Below are positions 61,477 through 64,000 of a stretch of 64,000 bases of DNA, piece after piece. The notes beneath the pieces are model-generated. The model saw nothing but the letters and a program-made list of their open reading frames with translations. It was not told the DNA's origin and did no database searches. The translations under genes and the position numbers were made by a program. Every line of letters starts with the position of its first letter. The first letter of the stretch is position 1. The stretch covers positions 42,160,001 through 42,224,000 of the forward strand of contig CM059427.1 in NCBI GenBank assembly GCA_030390025.1, in the 5' to 3' direction. Source of the stretch: Squalus acanthias (lineage: Eukaryota).

Positions 61477-64000
61477 GACCCCACCCCTCCTCTTACTACC
61501 CGTTTACTATTTATATGCCTATAGAAGACTTTTGGATTCCCTTTTATGTTAGCTGCTAATCTATTCTCATACTCTCTCTTTGCCTCTCTTATTTCCTTCT
61601 TTACTTCCCCTCTGAACTTTCTATATTCAGCCTGGTTCTCACTTGTATTCTCAACCTGACATCTGTCATACGCGCCCTTTTTCTGCTTCATCTTACTCTC
61701 TATCTCTTTCATCGTCCAGGGAGCTCTGGCTTTGGTTGCCATATCTTTCCCCTCGTGGGAATGTACCTCGACTGTACCTGAACCATCTCCTCTTTAAAGG
61801 CAGCCCAATGTTTGATTACAGTTTTGCCTGCCAATCTTTGATTTAAATTTACCTGGGCCAGATCCGTTCTCAACCCACTGAAATTAGCCTTATTCTAGAT
61901 TGCTCCCTGTCCTTTTCTATAGCTAGTCTAAACCTTATGATACTGTGATCATTGTTCCCTAAATGTTCCCCTCCTGACACTTGCTCTACTTGATCCACCT
62001 CATTCCCCAGAACCAGATCCAGCAATGCCTCCTTCCTCGTTGGGCCGGAAACATACTGATTAAGAAAGTTCTCCTGAACACACTTCAGAAATTCTTCCCC
62101 CTCTCTGCCCTTTACACTATTACTATCCCAGTCTATATTAGGATAGTTGAAGTCCCCCATTATCACTACTCTATAGTTCTTGCACCTCTCTGTAATTTCC
62201 CTGCAAATTTGCTCCTCTATATCCTTCCCACTAGTTGACGGCCTATAGAATACACCTAGTAGTGTAATGGCACCTCTATTGTTTCTCAACTCTAAGCAAA
62301 TAGATTCTGTTCTTGACCCTTCCAGGACATCCTCTCTCTCCAGCACTGTAATATTCTCCTTAAATCAATACTGCCACCCCACCTCCTTTCTTTCCTTCCC
62401 TATCTTTCCTAAACACCTTATAGCCAGGAATATTTAGTACCCAATCCTGCCCTTTTGAGAGCAAGGTCTCCGTTATTGCCACAACATCATATTCCCATGT
62501 GGCTATTTGCGCCTGCAGCTCACCAACCTTATTTACCACGCTTCATGCATTCACACATGCACTGTAAACCTAACTTAGACCTTCTTGTATTCTCTCTTAG
62601 TCTGACCCCACCTAGTACCGTACTATTTCTTACTCTAGTGCTAGCTGTCTCTCCCAAACCTTTGTGCACCTTGTTTCTCCTTTCTAATGCTACATCCTGG
62701 TGCCCATCCCCCAGCCAAATGAGTTTAAACCCTCCCCAACAGCACCCCGCCCCCACGAGGACATTGGTCCCAGCTCTGTTGAAGTGCAACCCGTCCGGCC
62801 TGTACAGGTCCCACCTCCCCCAGAACCGGTCCCAATGTCCCAGGAATCTAAAGCCCTCCCTCCTGCACCATCTCTCCAGCCATGCATTCATCTGCTCTAT
62901 CCTCCTATTTCTATACTCACTAGCTCGTGGCATCGGGAGTAATCCGGAGATTACTACCTTTGAGGTCCTGCTTTTTAATCCCTTTCCGAGCTCCCTAAAA
63001 TCTGCCTGCACCTCCTTTCTCATCCCTCTTTCTACCTGTGTCATTGATACCGAGATGGACCACGACCTCTGGCTGTTCATCCTCCCCCCTCAGAATAATA
63101 CTACCGTTGAAAGGGTAAAGAAACCAGATGATTTCAGGCATCAGGAATTGAAGTTATGAGGAAAGGTTAAGCAAGTTGGACTTTCTCTTTGGGGAAAAAA
63201 ACATTGTGCTGATCGAATTGAAGATTTTAGGATTATGTAAAGGACTGGCAAAGCTGATCCAGGCAAATTTTTTGGTGTGGTGTGCGGTCCAAATACCAGG
63301 GAATATCTTAAAAATTAGGAAGTTAAAAGGGAACGCAGAAAGAGTATTTTTAATAAAGCATAAGACTAATTATCTGCCAAAGAATGCCATTGAAATAAAC
63401 AGCATTTATAGTTCAAACAGCAGTTTGATCTGAAGATAGAAAGGACTGAGGAATGCAATGAGCTGATGAATAGGTGGGTTTGAGAGCTGCCAGAAAGGCT
63501 TGTTTGGACTAATGGTTATTTCTTGTTCCTAAAAATTCTTATGCTCTTAATTGACATAACACTACTGAATCTGTGCTCCCAGTTTGGTTACATTGGTTAC
63601 ACAAGTTATTGGACACTCACTAAGGTACACACTCAGGATTAGTGTTCAGATTCAAATTATCCAAAGCAGAATTGGTGTTGATCCAAAGTATGCATAAATA
63701 AGACTAATACTTGAGCGGAGATGATTTGCATTAGATCATTGGGGAATTAAAAATGTACCATTACTAAACCACTGAAGAATTCATAGATGTATAGCTATCA
63801 AAACAAAAGACCTCCCCAAAAAAATGGGTACAAATCACTGGACTTTCTTGAGAAAGTGATCGATCATCAATAACTCCACTGCAAATAAGCACTACGAACA
63901 AATCATCTTTAAAGATTTTCCCCTAACTGCAACTAATTGTGGAAATTCAAGCTACAAAGTTGCATTGGGGATGCATCTATTGAATCACTCCTTTGTATAT

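Larger units (their letters stand above)
55634..63096 (-). mobile_element. Second-subfamily CR1 LINE, near full length, split by a younger CR1
   Basis: ORF1 esterase end (RPDGLHFN) ~62720-63090, endonuclease 61870-62346, RT 56304-57380, tail at 55634. Confidence 0.9.
55525..63545 (+). mobile_element. Very old CR1 fragment split into 55525-55633 and ~63097-63545
   Basis: LYKALVRFHLECIA*FWSP..KD before the insertion; degenerate continuation to a CR1 3' tail after it. Confidence 0.6.

Noticed and set aside
55332-64000. Search for the next upstream LRP2 exon, and for the next downstream exon in 1-2032
   Set aside because: No LDL-A or YWTD coding segment with splice sites found; the flanking exons lie outside the window

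Overview
Eukaryotic (vertebrate) genomic DNA, almost certainly from a cartilaginous fish, judged by its HE1/V-SINE, SacSINE1-like Deu-SINE and shark-type CR1 and Harbinger repeats. The window lies entirely inside the LRP2 (megalin) gene on the minus strand. I traced 20 consecutive GT-AG exons (55331 down to 2033; 3555 coding nt, phase-consistent) encoding LDL-A repeats, EGF modules and YWTD propellers, roughly human exons 49-68 from recalled exon sizes. The introns are packed with transposons: young and old CR1 LINEs (several nested), RTE, L2, SINEs, many Harbinger-type MITEs plus a Harbinger transposase relic, a 1.5-kb solo LTR and a Penelope-derived hairpin with hammerhead ribozyme motifs. 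The best leads are: (1) a U_UUA_AAC -1 frameshift heptamer plus a covarying stem at the ORF1/ORF2 junction of two CR1 subfamilies; (2) a hAT-like composite element that appears to carry a captured promoter and first coding exon; (3) hammerhead motifs on both strands of an inverted repeat beside an LRP2 exon. Coordinates were read by eye and repeat family names are by recognition, not database search.
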